DNA of 64,000 nt from Macrostomum lignano (taxonomy: Eukaryota): the NCBI GenBank assembly GCA_002269645.1, contig NIVC01000270.1:124001-188000 (forward strand), in the 5' to 3' direction. Positions 25,046 to 36,461 of this stretch are shown in pieces. Below the pieces are notes generated by a model. The model worked only from the letters and a program-made list of their open reading frames with translations. It was not told the origin of the DNA and made no database searches. Each line of letters starts with the position of its first letter. Position 1 is the first letter of the stretch. Made by a program: the position numbers and the translations under genes.

Positions 25046-28000
25046 TGTCTACGTAATCTATCTTCAAGAAGCCTTCAATAAGAAAGCCTATTGAGTCAAT
25101 CCAGACACAGGTTACTTGGCGAATAGGTCAGCAATGGTGCAAAAATATCTAAACTGTAAAAAGCAAAATCGCTTGCCTTAGCATCATTTCGCTGCTGCTG
25201 TTGCAACTGCTCCGCGGCTCTGTCGGCAACTGGCGCAGGGACAGTTGAACTCGGCGCCGCGGTTGCCGCATTGGCGGACGTCCTAGACGGCTTTGGCGTC
25301 GATGTAGCAGCAGTCTGAGTGGCGTCCTACAAATGCAACATCGGATTGTGCTTGCTTAATATTGACCCAAGTATTCCCTATATTTTGTTTTATTTGCATC
25401 TCTGTTACTAATAGTAGCGTCACGCAGTGAGAATATGAAATAAAACACGTAGAAACTCTTGTTTTCTATAATTCTTGTTACCTCGCGAAGTACAACCGCC
25501 GGTTTGGCTTGGAACTGGGCCAGAATGGCATTTAATCGCAGATTGTCGTCGCGAATCTATATATTAGGTAGTTTAATAAAGTTCTAAGGTTAGATAGTGT
25601 TAGATTAAGATTTTGTTACGAACTGCAACTATATTTAATGTTAGAAACGGTGCTGAATGGCATGCATTTCTGTGTGTGTAAACTCCTCAATGTCAATAAA
25701 GTTATTGGAGATTTTTACAGATCTGTACTAGCCAAGAATCTGTCTGTACTAGCCAAGAATCTGTCTGTACTAGCCAAGAATCTGTCTGTACTAGCCAAGA
25801 ATTTGTCTGTAATAGCCAAGAATCTGTCTATACTAGCCAAAAATCTGTCTGTACTAGCCAAGAATCTGTCTGTACTAGCCAAGAATCTGTCTGTAATAGC
25901 CAAGAATCTGTCTATACTAGCCAAGAATCTGTCTGTACTAGCCAAGAATCTGTCTGTACTAGCCAAGAATCTGTCTGTACTAGCCAAGAATCTGTCTATA
26001 CTAGCCAAGAATCTGTCTGTACTAGCCAAGAATCTGTCTGTACTAGCCAAGAATCTGTCTGTACTAGTCAAGAATCAGTTTGCCTTAGATTTATAATAGG
26101 ACACTGACAATGCGCTGACATTTTACTAGTGTTATATTGATATAAACCGTACTGTAGGTGCTCCAGGCAAAATATGTTAGAACGTACAGTAGCTGATGTT
26201 ACAGAGTGCAGCAGTTATTCAATAGTGAACAGCAATATGCAAAAGCAAGCAGGAAACTAGAACCTTTGCCAGCCGGCTTGCAGTTTCCTCTTCTAGATGG
26301 GCATTTCTAGCTTTGGCCTCGGCAACGAGTGCTCGTGCTTCTTCAACTTCTTTGTCGCGCGAGTCTTTCGCGGCGGCCGCCTCCTGAGATTGACTGAATC
26401 GATTGGCCTTAAGCACCTGGGCTAGCGCAACTGTCTCCTGATTGGACTGGGCCACCTGCCTGTGCCGGTCCAGCTCAGTCAGCTGACGATGCGACTCCTC
26501 TAGGGAGTCGTAGAACTGCAGTTCCACTTGGAACATGCGCTCCAGGCTGGCTGGCGACAGGCGGCCATCGTGCGGCTGCGACTGGCGAGGCGGCGATGGG
26601 GTGGGTCATTGGCGATTTTTGGGGCTTACGGGCGATCCTTATGTGGGTTTGGGGGCGATTCCTAATAGGGTTTGGGGGGCGGTTTTTAATGGGGCTGTGG
26701 GGTTTGGGTGATTCTTGATGGGGTTCGGGCGATTCTTAAAGGGATTGGGGCGATTCTTAAAGGGATTGGGGACGATTCTTAAAGGGATTGAGGACGATTC
26801 TTAAAAGGAATGGGGGCGATTATTAAAGGGATTGGGGGCGATTTTTAAGAGGGTTTAAGGCGGATTTTTTTATTTAAATTAAAGGGGTTGCGGCAGATCC
26901 TTTTTTTAGTTTGGAGGCGACTCTTAATGGTTATTATCATGAGAGGATTCCTTTGGCAAGTTTTGGGGCCATTCTTAGGGGGCTGAGAAGCGACTCTTAT
27001 CGTAGAAAACGAGGTTTCTGGGCGATTTTCCATTTGAGAGACTATTTTTATGGGCAATAGATAATTTATTGCCCCAAATCAGCAAAAACAAGCAGATAAT
27101 GAGGAAACCCACCTGACTCTGATAGCGCCTACTAGCCACAGCAGGCGGCGGCGAAGCCGGCCTCTTTAGCTCATCGCTATTTTTATTCTCTTCTTCCTCC
27201 TCGCTGCCACTGCGACTCCGGCTCCGGCTTCGACTGCGGTGGTCACGCTGCCGCTGACGCTGACGCCGACGAGTATCCCTGTCAGCGGCGGTGTAAGAGG
27301 AATCGGCGCCGATAACTGCTGTCGGAGCAGCCGAGGGCGCTGTCTGAACGTCTCGGTCAACGACTGGCCGCGACGGCGCCACCGCTACGGTAGCCGCCGC
27401 TGATGGCGACAGCCGGAGATCCTCCGGTCGCATGGAGCCGTCCATCATGCCGCCGCCGCCGCCGCCACTACTACGAATATCACGACGTCGAGAGGTTGAC
27501 GACGCTGCCGCCGTCGGAGGCTGCGGCGAGGTTGTCAAACTGCTGCCGCCGTTCTGTCGCCTAGCATAGGCCTCCCGTTGCCTATTGTAGACGGCTCGAA
27601 ATGCAAACGGATCGGCTGATTCGTGCTCCAGGGTGTGCAGCAGGTTGTACCTGGGCGAATCAACAAGGGAAATCAGAGATGCTTAATGACTGGAAGGGAG
27701 GGACGACAATGCCAAGGGAGTGAATCAGAGAAGCAAGAGTGAAAATAGAGGGAATCAGAGACCGAGGGCACTGAATGACAAGGGAGGGAATCAGAGAGGC
27801 ACTGAATGACAAGGAAAGGAATCAGAGAGGCATTGAATGACAAGGAAAGGAATCAGAGAGGCACTGAATGACAAGGGAGGGAATCAGAAAGGCACTGAAT
27901 GACAAGGAAAGGAATCAGAGAGGCACTGAATGACAGGGAGGGAATCAGAGAGGCACTGAATGACAAGGGAGGGAATCAGAGAGGCAATGAATGACAAGGG

Positions 28001-30319
28001 AGGGAATCAGAGAGGCACTGAATGACAAGGAAAGGAATCAGAGAGGCACTGAATGACAAGGGAGGGAATCAGAGAGGCAATGAATGACAAGGGAGGGAAT
28101 CAGAGAGGCAATGAATGACAAGGGAGGGAATCAGAGAGGCACTGAATGACAAGGGAATCAGAGAGGCAATGAATGACAAGGGAGGGAATCAGAGAGGCAC
28201 TGAATGACAAGGGAGGGAATCAAAGAGGGAATCAGAGAGGCACTGAATGACAAGGGAGGGAATCAGAGAGGGAATCAGAGAGGCACTGATCGAGAGGCAC
28301 TGAATGACAAAGGGAGGGAATCAGAGAGATGCAAAATGATCTGCAAGGAAAAAATCTAATTAGTCAAACGGAATTACGAAATCCGCCACCATGGCATCTT
28401 AGTCTTACCGTTTAGGCGGGAGCGCCCCTTCGGATCGACGCGTCCGACGTCCAAGCGGCGATTTCGGCTGCTTCCGCGACTGCTGAACAGCGGGCTGCCC
28501 GGCGCAGAAATTGTGCAACAGCAAAGCCCGGCCGATGCGGTCCAGGCCACGCGGCATCTGCTCAGCTAGCCGTTGCGCTTCAGCGTAGGCGTAGCCATTA
28601 TCGCCGATGTCTTCGACGCCATCGTCAACAGCGTCGGCTGGTGTGACGGCTCGAGCCATCGGGGCTGGCGGCGATTCACGATAGCCGGGCAGCGGCAGCC
28701 GGGCCGTCGGGTTGGCTGACGTTGCGGCCGCTGACAGGTGCGGCGGGTGCAGAGTGCCCCAAAAGTGGCCTCCAGGCCTGGCCATGCGGCTGACCCGGTC
28801 CTCCAGGGACGAGGCCGCGTCTCGAACTGCGCACCACCTGTTCAAAGTGTCAACTGACGGCTGCTGCTGCCTGTACTGCAACTGCGGAGACTGCCAGTTA
28901 TAATTGTCATCATTATCATCTATATTATCGTCTGTTTCAACATCCGGACTGTCGCTGCCGCTGCCGATGCTATTAGCAACTGCTGTTCTGCGCAACTGCG
29001 GCTGCGGCTGCTGCTGTACACGCAATTGAGGCTTCTTTCTAGCCTGCGGCATCGGCTTCTCTGACGGTTGCTGCTGCTGCTCCTCTTGTGGTTCAGCAAC
29101 AATTTCTACAGTGGCTAAAGGAGCCGGAGCAGATCTTCGAGTAGCTGCGCCAGACGGCTTGCCGCCGCCAGCAACGGCTTCCAATTGTCGCTGGCGCAAG
29201 TCTTTGAGCTTCTGTTGCAGCGCCGCGGCTTCGGCTGCACGCTGACGCTCAGCTTCGATTTTAGCCTGCCTTCGGCGCTCCTTCTGCTGCTGCAGGTATT
29301 CTTTGATTTTCTCCTGATCGTATGGCCGGCTGCGCTGCTGCTGGGGTGACGATTGATCAGCCGCAGGCGGCTGCGACGGCGGCGGCGCAGGCCGCGGATG
29401 CGGACGTACAGTGGCGGTCTCTGCAAAAGATAACAATAGAATATGATCAGGTGAAAGTCTATATGTAGTGTAATTAAGTTAAGAAAGGCTAAAAAGCTTT
29501 TTAAAAGCTGTTCTTTAATTTTAAAATTGAACAGGAAACGCATGTGATGAATATTAATTAACAAAACACATTAATTCAATCGAAAAAAAGTTGGAATGCT
29601 TTAAACAGACATCAAAATTAGCTGAAGAATAAATGCGCGCTTTATTTATACCGAACATACCCTTAATAGTAAGTAAGTACCTTTATCATCTATATCAATA
29701 GTTAGCGAAACACTACAGTTCTAGTTTAGCTGAACCAGTTAATAAATACGAGTAGTACGAGCCATAGTGGAACACAAACCTGCTACAGTCGCTGTAGCCG
29801 TTTCTGATTGGTGAATTTTTAATGGATAATAAAGATATAATCAACTTGGCAATAGGGCACTGAATCTTATTACACCAATCATAATGAATTACGTCTTACT
29901 TTTTCCCGATGACTCTGTCTGCTGCTGCTGAGGCGGCGACGGCTTTGGCAGTGGAGGCGCCGGGCCCAGCTCCCGCTGGGTGAGCTCGAGGCCCCTTCGC
30001 CAGTCGCTGGGCGTCACCGCGCGAGCTCGCCGAGATGCGGTCGCGGATGTCGCTGTTCCTGTTTCGTCTTGTTTGACGGCTGTCGCAGCTGCTGATGGCG
30101 ACTGCTGGTGTTGTTGCTGATTATGCTGGCTCTGATGCTGACCCGGCGTTGAAAATCCCGGATACGATTTTGGCGCCGGAGCTGGCGCCACTTTTCGCGT
30201 CTTTTTAGGCGGCGCCGGAGAGAATTTCAATTGTTCAGCGTCGCGAGCTTGCTGTTTGCGAACACGTTCGCGCAGCTGTTCGAGCTCGTCTTCGAACTGG
30301 ACGGCTCGCTGGCGGCCGC
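17815..30319 (-). CDS. CEP350: CEP350/CAP350-like centrosomal protein, 5'-incomplete model (10 exons, about 2135 aa)
   Basis: join 29900-30319, 28409-29420, 27113-27650, 26264-26581, 25482-25556, 25177-25326, 23981-24675, 21064-21623, 18351-20836, 17815-17970; phases all compatible. Recognisable CEP350 blocks: RKVAPAPAPKSYPGF, YDQEKIKEYLQQQKERRR, SLEESHRQLTELDR..QETVALAQVLKA, SLREVLPSESQRR, YESRIKALSHQLQER, and C-terminal KRRDRVDQVLVEELRQEEPGWVDYEVDETEAKLKVADEVLAQLLADT. Confidence 0.88.
18036..18258. repeat. 46-bp minisatellite, about 5 copies, filling the last CEP350 intron
   Basis: CAGTGACTTCCGGTCAGYCTGTGGGTGTTCAACTATAGGCGACAGT. Confidence 0.95.
18351..20836 (-). CDS. CEP350: CEP350-like 2486-nt exon
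   Basis: ctttgcag|AG ACG ... GAC CAG|gtaatt; phase 1/0; matches the 844-aa ORF. Confidence 0.92.
21064..21623 (-). CDS. CEP350: CEP350-like exon (Ser/Ala-rich)
   Basis: gaaacag|C CTC AGC ... AAT G|gtgagg; phase 2/1; KLRPDSLTPREQRLHQRRKESRELVSWR. Confidence 0.85.
21706..22035 (+). repeat. Dispersed ~300-bp repeat, copy 1
   Basis: Shares blocks CCCTGGCGCAACGCCTTCGG, GCCCATTCYGCTG..TCCTGAGC and GTACACTCTCTGCGCC with 41111-41400. Confidence 0.8.
22875..23902. repeat. Mixed 17-bp (CCACTGACTGTGGTGTT) and 15-bp (CCACTGACTGGGATT) minisatellite
   Basis: Direct reading; about 60 units. Confidence 0.95.
23981..24675 (-). CDS. CEP350: CEP350-like exon
   Basis: cacacag|GCG CCT ... TCC AG|gttggt; phase 0/2; SLREVLPSESQRR, YVKLTLDIARMYQQDE. 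Confidence 0.88.
24775..25062. repeat. Compound (CTAC)n/(TATC)n/(ATCA)n microsatellite
   Basis: Direct reading. Confidence 0.9.
25177..25326 (-). CDS. CEP350: CEP350-like 150-nt exon with GC donor
   Basis: atttgtag|GAC GCC ... GCT AAG|gcaagc; phase 0/0. Confidence 0.7.
25482..25556 (-). CDS. CEP350: CEP350-like 75-nt exon (IRDDNLRLNAILAQFQAKPAVVLRE)
   Basis: atatag|ATT ... GAG|gtaaca; phase 0/0, open frame. Confidence 0.7.
25721..26075. repeat. 21-bp minisatellite (TCTGTACTAGCCAAGAATCTG), about 17 copies
   Basis: Direct reading. Confidence 0.95.
26264..26581 (-). CDS. CEP350: CEP350-like exon (conserved coiled coil)
   Basis: gcctcgccag|TCG CAG ... GCA AAG|gttcta; phase 0/0; an alternative in-frame acceptor 6 nt downstream (26575) is possible. 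Confidence 0.85.
26615..27020. repeat. Degenerate ~21-bp repeat (GGGGCGATTCTTAAAGGGATT)
   Basis: Recurrent GGCGATTCTTAA core. Confidence 0.75.
27113..27650 (-). CDS. CEP350: CEP350-like exon
   Basis: cgcccag|G TAC AAC ... AGT CAG|gtgggt; phase 2/0. Confidence 0.8.
27745..28328. repeat. 31-bp purine-rich minisatellite (GAGGCACTGAATGACAAGGGAGGGAATCAGA)
   Basis: Direct reading; about 18 copies. Confidence 0.95.
28409..29420 (-). CDS. CEP350: CEP350-like exon
   Basis: tcttttgcag|AG ACC ... AAA CG|gtaaga; phase 1/2; matches ORF 28405-29436. Confidence 0.85.
29900..30319 (-). CDS. CEP350: CEP350-like exon (most 5' exon found)
   Basis: ccaccccag|GC GGC CGC ... GGA AAA A|gtaaga; phase 1/1; ELEQLRERVRKQQ, DWRRGLELTQRELGPAP. 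Confidence 0.8.
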
Positions 30320-30342
30320 CTGGGGTGGGCCAGAGGTGGTGG

Positions 30343-31085
30343 AGCAGTGTTATGCAAGGTGATAGTGAGGCAGTGTTATGTAAGGTGATAGTGAGGCAGT
30401 GTTATGCAAGGTGATAGTGAGGCAGTGTTATGCAAGGTGATAGTGAGGCAGTGTTATGCAAGGTGATAGTGAGGCAGTGTTATGCAAGGTGATAGTGAGG
30501 CAGTGTTATGCAAGGTGATAGTGAGGCAGTGTTATGCAAGGTGATAGTGAGGCAGTGTTATGCAAGGTGATGGTGGGGAAGTGTTATGCAAGGTGATGGT
30601 GGGGAAGTGTTATGCAAGGTGATGGTGGGGAAGTGTTATGCAAGGTGATGGTGGGTAAGTGTTATGCAGGGGGATGGTGGGTAAGTGTTATGCAGGGGAT
30701 GGTGGGGAAGTGTTATCCAGGGGGATGGTATGGAAGTGTTATGCGGGGGATAGGGGAAGTGTTATGCAAGGGGATAGTGGCGAAGTGTTATGCAGGGGGA
30801 TGGTGAGGCTGTGTTTTGCAGGGGGGTGGTGGGGAAGTGTTATGCAGGGGGATGGTGGGGAAGTGTTTTGCAGGGGGATGGTGGGGAAGTGTTATGCAAG
30901 GGGATAGTGGCGAAGTGTTATGTAGGGGCATGGTGGAGAAGTGTTATGCAAGGGGATGGTGGGGCAGGGTTATGCAGGGGGGTGGTGGGGCAGTGTTATG
31001 TAGGGGGATGGTGGGGCAGTGTTATGCAAGAGGATGGTGGGGCAGGGTTATGCAGGGGGGTGGTGGGGAGTTATGTAGGGGGATA
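30343..31085. repeat. 26-bp minisatellite (GCAGTGTTATGCAAGGTGATAGTGAG) grading into G-rich variants
   Basis: Direct reading; about 28 units. Confidence 0.95.
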
Positions 31086-32373
31086 GAAGCAAGGAGTAAA
31101 TTATTTTGCAACATTGTTTAATTTTTATTACAAATTCAAAAAAAATTAATAGTAATGGGATATTATGCAGATAAGGCAATTTTTTATAAAATAACTGGAA
31201 GGAATTTATTTAAGACAGGCTAGTAAATAACAAACTATTTACCTATTTGGCCAATGTTCTCATCATTTGCAATTTGATAATGTACCCGTGACATCTGATG
31301 TTAACATGCAATAAATTGAGTATTGCCATTTACAAATAAGTAAAAAATGATTAGGCTTATTACTGTTGAACCTAACATTAAAAATGATATGAATATAACA
31401 AATTTAATTGGCCTCTATATATTATAAGTATTAAACTAAGCACTAGCTATCTAAACTTGATACCAAACTTATAATACCTTTATCTTCTAAAGTATAGATA
31501 GCCACAGGTATTTTATATGTTATAAATATTTTAACATTCTTTTTTGCTTTAGAAAATAGAGACAACTGTTTATTGGCTATTATATCTATACCTATTTGTT
31601 TACTAATGAAAAATGTGATATTCATATATATATATAAAGTATCAATTAATGTTATTTAAGCTTTTATTATTATTATTATAGAAGATTGAAAGTATCAAAA
31701 CAAAAACCAATCAAATTTCCCTATTAATACTAGAATTAATACTACTATACTAGGATATAAAATTATTTAATATTTAAGTTTAACTTAAGTTTAATATCTA
31801 GTTACAAAATGATTTCGAATCCAAGTCAAGATATTGTTTTTTTCTAAAAAAGAAAATTTTGCCAAAAAATAGTATGTATTATATCCAAAGTCCAATTTAA
31901 AGATATAAATTAGAAAATCAGGATGCTATAAGCACAAAATACCTATTCTATCATTGTATAAAAATTATCTATCTTTAAAACTATGTATGGAGATAATTTT
32001 TGTCCAATGGGTGTATCACAATGAGTAGAATACTTCAGACAACTTTTAGTTTTGTGGGTCATTCTTGTTGCCCTATTAGCATTATGCTTTAATTTTATAG
32101 CAGCTATACTTTTATAATAGTGTTACTTAAGTATACTTTTGTATAGCTGATCATTTAGAATCAATGATAATCTTCTAGCAGCCTTGGAAATGCCAATTAA
32201 CAATTAAAAGAAAAGATAACAGAACAATAAATGGATTGAATTTGATAGATGGACCAATGCACAAGACTTTAAATAACTTGATTTTTAGAATGCATTACTT
32301 GTTTCATGCTGCATGAACATTGAAATAAAAAAATTGGCCTTCAAATTTTTTTTTACAAATCAGGAATGTAGTG

Positions 32374-33178
32374 GGCTCATTCCATATAAGATGGACATTT
32401 TTGGAAAATAGAAAAAAGTCAATATTTTTGCTTGCCATTGCCTTATCAGCCAATTTTTTTACCAAATGTTTTTATGTGTAATATCTACAATCTAAGAATA
32501 AATGAATGATAAAATGTTAGATTAGTATGCTATCAAGTGGCAAAAAGTCATTTTTGTAAAAATTTAGACATTTTTCTAAGCAAAAGACATAATTAAGTTT
32601 GTGTACCTTTTAAAAACAAATAGAAAGCTTTGGAAGGTTGAAACAAACTATAGATAAAAGTATAGTACTTGCATCATCAGATAAAAGTATTGGTGACCAA
32701 ATAATCTATTATATTTTTAATATATTGGTACCTTAAAGTTACTGAATTGACAGAAAAAAATATGTTACAACCATAAGGCTGCCTTTTCTTTTGTATCTTT
32801 GTTGCCTTTTTGAGTTTATATATTCTACAAAAAGAGTATGATTACTAAAGATGTTCTTAGTCAAATTTTAAAAAATGTATTGCAAAATATCAAAAATAAA
32901 AATGTTATAAGACTGTTATAAGACTGTTATATAAGACTGAATGTTATAGAACCTTTTAGTTTCTATATGTCAAAAATCCTGTTGTTACGACCATAAGTGC
33001 CATTCAAGGTTTAATAGCATCTATACTAATGATGATATCTACATGAAACTCTATAAAAATATTTTTGACAAAATTATCTTTCATTTAAAATATTGGTTTA
33101 GTATATTCTATTATTATATTTCATTTTATAAGTAAAAATAGCCTGTCATGTTACGACCATGCTTATATGGAATGAGCC
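32374..33178. mobile_element. 805-bp MITE, superfamily unassigned
   Basis: Perfect 17-bp TIR GGCTCATTCCATATAAG / CTTATATGGAATGAGCC; identical 4-bp flanks AGTG. Confidence 0.8.
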
Positions 33179-33982
33179 AGTGTCTTGATGTATTGCTATG
33201 CTAGTTATCCTTGTTAGAAAACTTTCGAGGAGTTTTAAAGGATGCTTATTGAATATTGTTTTGAAAGTGTCTTGTTCTAATCTAGCATTAGTAGTTACCA
33301 ACAATTACTTTAATTCTATGATTCTATGATGCTTCAAACATGCTTTAACTTAAAGAGTAAAAACCACACAAACTAGGATCATCTCTTTTTTTACCTTTTT
33401 ATAATTGTAGTACAAGTATTTTGGTGAAAGTTTTGTGCTTTAAAGAAATATTTAGTGCTAAACTGGCTATTTTTGGCACATAAAAATTTATTTTAAGTAC
33501 CAGAGGACTGGATTTATAAAAAAGTAGGCCTAACTTCCATTATCAAAGTCTGGCATTCTGAAAAAAAGAACTGGAAAAATGCTGCTTTGAAAAAAGTAGG
33601 GCCTAACTTCTGGTACTAAAAGTGCCAGAACTTTGCCCAGTACTGGCTATAGCCTATTTGGAAATAAAATAAAGGTCTAAAGCATGTCTTATTTAACTTG
33701 GTTTTTTTTCTGAGACTTTGTCACTTTGTGACTGTCTTTAGGAGCAGTCTCATTTTAGATTTTAAAAATATCAAAATATCTTTGATATTACAATACATAA
33801 ACTAACTAACTGATGTAAGAATTAAAAAATAACTCAAAAAATAACTTAAAAAAATAAAGTTTCATTTTAAAAGAACTACAGAAATCAATTCAGCTTATAG
33901 CTTTAATACAAAAAATTAAAATTAGGCAATTTAGCCTAGCTTTTTCTCAATTTAAAATTGACAAGATTGAGATACAAATGTT

Positions 33983-36461
33983 GGCTCCTGGACACTTCGT
34001 CATCTAACCACGTTGTCATCTTGATGACGAAGTGACCATGGTTTTTGGATGCTTCATCATATCAAAAAATGGTTAGTAAATCTAGATGACAAAGTGACCA
34101 AATTTTGAGGACGCTTCGTCATCCCAAGATTTAGCAAGGCTATAAATTGTTATTCGATTGTTATTGTTATAAATTGTTACTCAATTAATTTAGTCTGTAA
34201 AATATAGGATTAAATACACAACTTAGAGATTCAACTTGTCGCTATAATTGGCATCCAATGTACACAATGTATACGCAGTTTGCATACGCACGCTTCAATG
34301 TACGAGTACATACATGTAGATACTAGTGCTCATTGTAATTTTATTCTATGTTCAAACTTGCCAAGCTCTAATAATTATTTTTGCTTCCTTGCTAAAGCCT
34401 AAAATTAATTGGCATTATCACTTCTGCAACCCAGGGGAGGCAACAAAGTATGTGGCCATGGATTTCTCCTTGCTCCACCTGCAGGGACTTAACCAACCCT
34501 TCACACACATACAGTCTGAGCTAGAGCATTTTCACCCCCTAAATAAATGTGCTAAGCCATACATGCATTTGTGTCTATGAGTTGCAATGTGCCAATTCTC
34601 CAACCAACTAACCAGTGGCGGATCCAAGAAGGGTGCAGGTGCAGAGATGGTCACTTTACCCCTTAAGACTGAAGTGGCCAGCCTACTCCCACCCAGAATT
34701 TTATAATAAGTATGGTGCATGAAATCATATATGAGAAGCAAATACATGTAAGAAACAGCTAGTTTATAAGTGAAAATGGCAGACATTTGCATTTTTGCCA
34801 AGAGCCAGTTAGCACAAAACAGCAAGTGCTTCAAAGTGACGTTTGTCAGCAATGGATGCATTATCAGTTAATTTTCAGTTAACTTTAATGAAATTAGGAG
34901 TTAATAAGTTAGGATTTTTTTGTTTTAACACTAACGCTTTTGCCATTAATGGAAGTTAAGAATTTCATTAATGGTGCCCAACATCGGAAGCAGATTAAAG
35001 AGATTTTAACTGTCTTCTTTCCAGACAATTTTGAATCTTTTGGGAAAAACGTGATCAAAATCGGTGAAGAATTGCGAGCTCTAGAGCATTATGAACATAC
35101 TGTGCAGGGCCCCTCTCAATTTCTTTATAAAATAGTCACCATTTAGTCAATTTGAATTCATGCCAAAACTAATAAACATTTTTGTTTTGATACTCATATT
35201 TTCTATAATATTTTGCGCTAACAAATTTTTGTTTAAAACTATAGCAAATTTTATAGTATAAATAGAAGCAATTTCGGCAGAGAGAGAACCAACCTCGTGC
35301 ACCGCGGTTCACTAACAAAATAGTTGATAACAAATAGTAAGAGTTCGAAGAAAATAGGAATTGAAGAAGTGTTTTCTGTGTTAATTCCTTTTAAGAAGTA
35401 AGAGTGAAATAGATTGAAGCATATACAGTACATACTATTGAGAAGCAGCAGTATTGAGTAGGGGGCCTAGTAAGAATATACGAAGTAGATCTGAAGTAAT
35501 ATGTGTAAGAATAACCAGAGGCTGTGACCCTCTGATCTTGGTAACGCCCAGGATTGGAAGTACATGCAATACATATACCAGTAAGCCAATATATTGCTCA
35601 GGCCAGAATAACAGTAAACGCTACCTGAACAATAGTAAACGCTACTAGAATAACAGGAGAACGATACTTGTAAAGGCTAAATAGTATTCTAAGAATAATT
35701 CACAGACCAAGTACTCAGACTTATGCTCAGATAAATACTTAGATAAGTACTCAGATATATTCTTAGACTAATTCCAAGAATCATTTCTCAGACTTATTCT
35801 AAGATTAATAAACTCATAATTTATTAATAGAATATTGACTTGGTAGCAGCTACCAAAATTTATAAAGACAAAATTAAGCCCTGTGACAACTTTAATGACA
35901 GCTGTGGAATCATTTGTAAGGACAGAAGTTACCCCTAGCACAAGTTGGTTGCAGCAGTGGGATAATTCTAGAGAGAGCTAAAATGCCTTTGACAACTTTG
36001 GTGGCAGTATAATAAGGACTAGGCAAAGGCTAAGAATTAGAAATTTATAGGACAGAGCCAAGAGGCGTAGCACAGCTTGGTGACATAACGGTAGGATAAT
36101 TTCAGTAAAAGGAAACATGCCTATAACATCTTTGTGGTTTGTGAACTCCGCCATTGTCTGGTCTCAAGCCCAGAATGTGAAAGGAGAAGGGCGATTATAT
36201 GTAGATACATATACATGTATAATGTTTAATCTTTATCTTTATATAGTTATATAGTTACAAGTATATAATTGCATGTATGAGATGAGTATACATGTTACAT
36301 ATAGCAAAGTTTTTCATACAAAAAGTGGATGACGAAGTGTCCAGGGAGTAGATGACGAAGTGTCCACATTAGTAATGTGGATGACGAAGTGGTAAGATGA
36401 CGAAGTGTCCAACAATAAGAGTGGATGACGAAGTGGTAAGATGACGAAGTGTCCAGGAACC
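33983..36461. mobile_element. 2.48-kb non-autonomous TIR element with subterminal GATGACGAAGTG repeats (foldback/MULE-like)
   Basis: GGCTCCTGGACACTTCGTCATC versus inverted GGTTCCTGGACACTTCGTCATC (21/22); about 6 motif copies at each end; flanks caaatgtt / caaatggc (6/8, possible TSD). Confidence 0.7.

Noticed and set aside
34613-34630. hAT-like terminus CAGTGGCGGATCC
   Set aside because: No matching inverted end or 8-bp TSD found.
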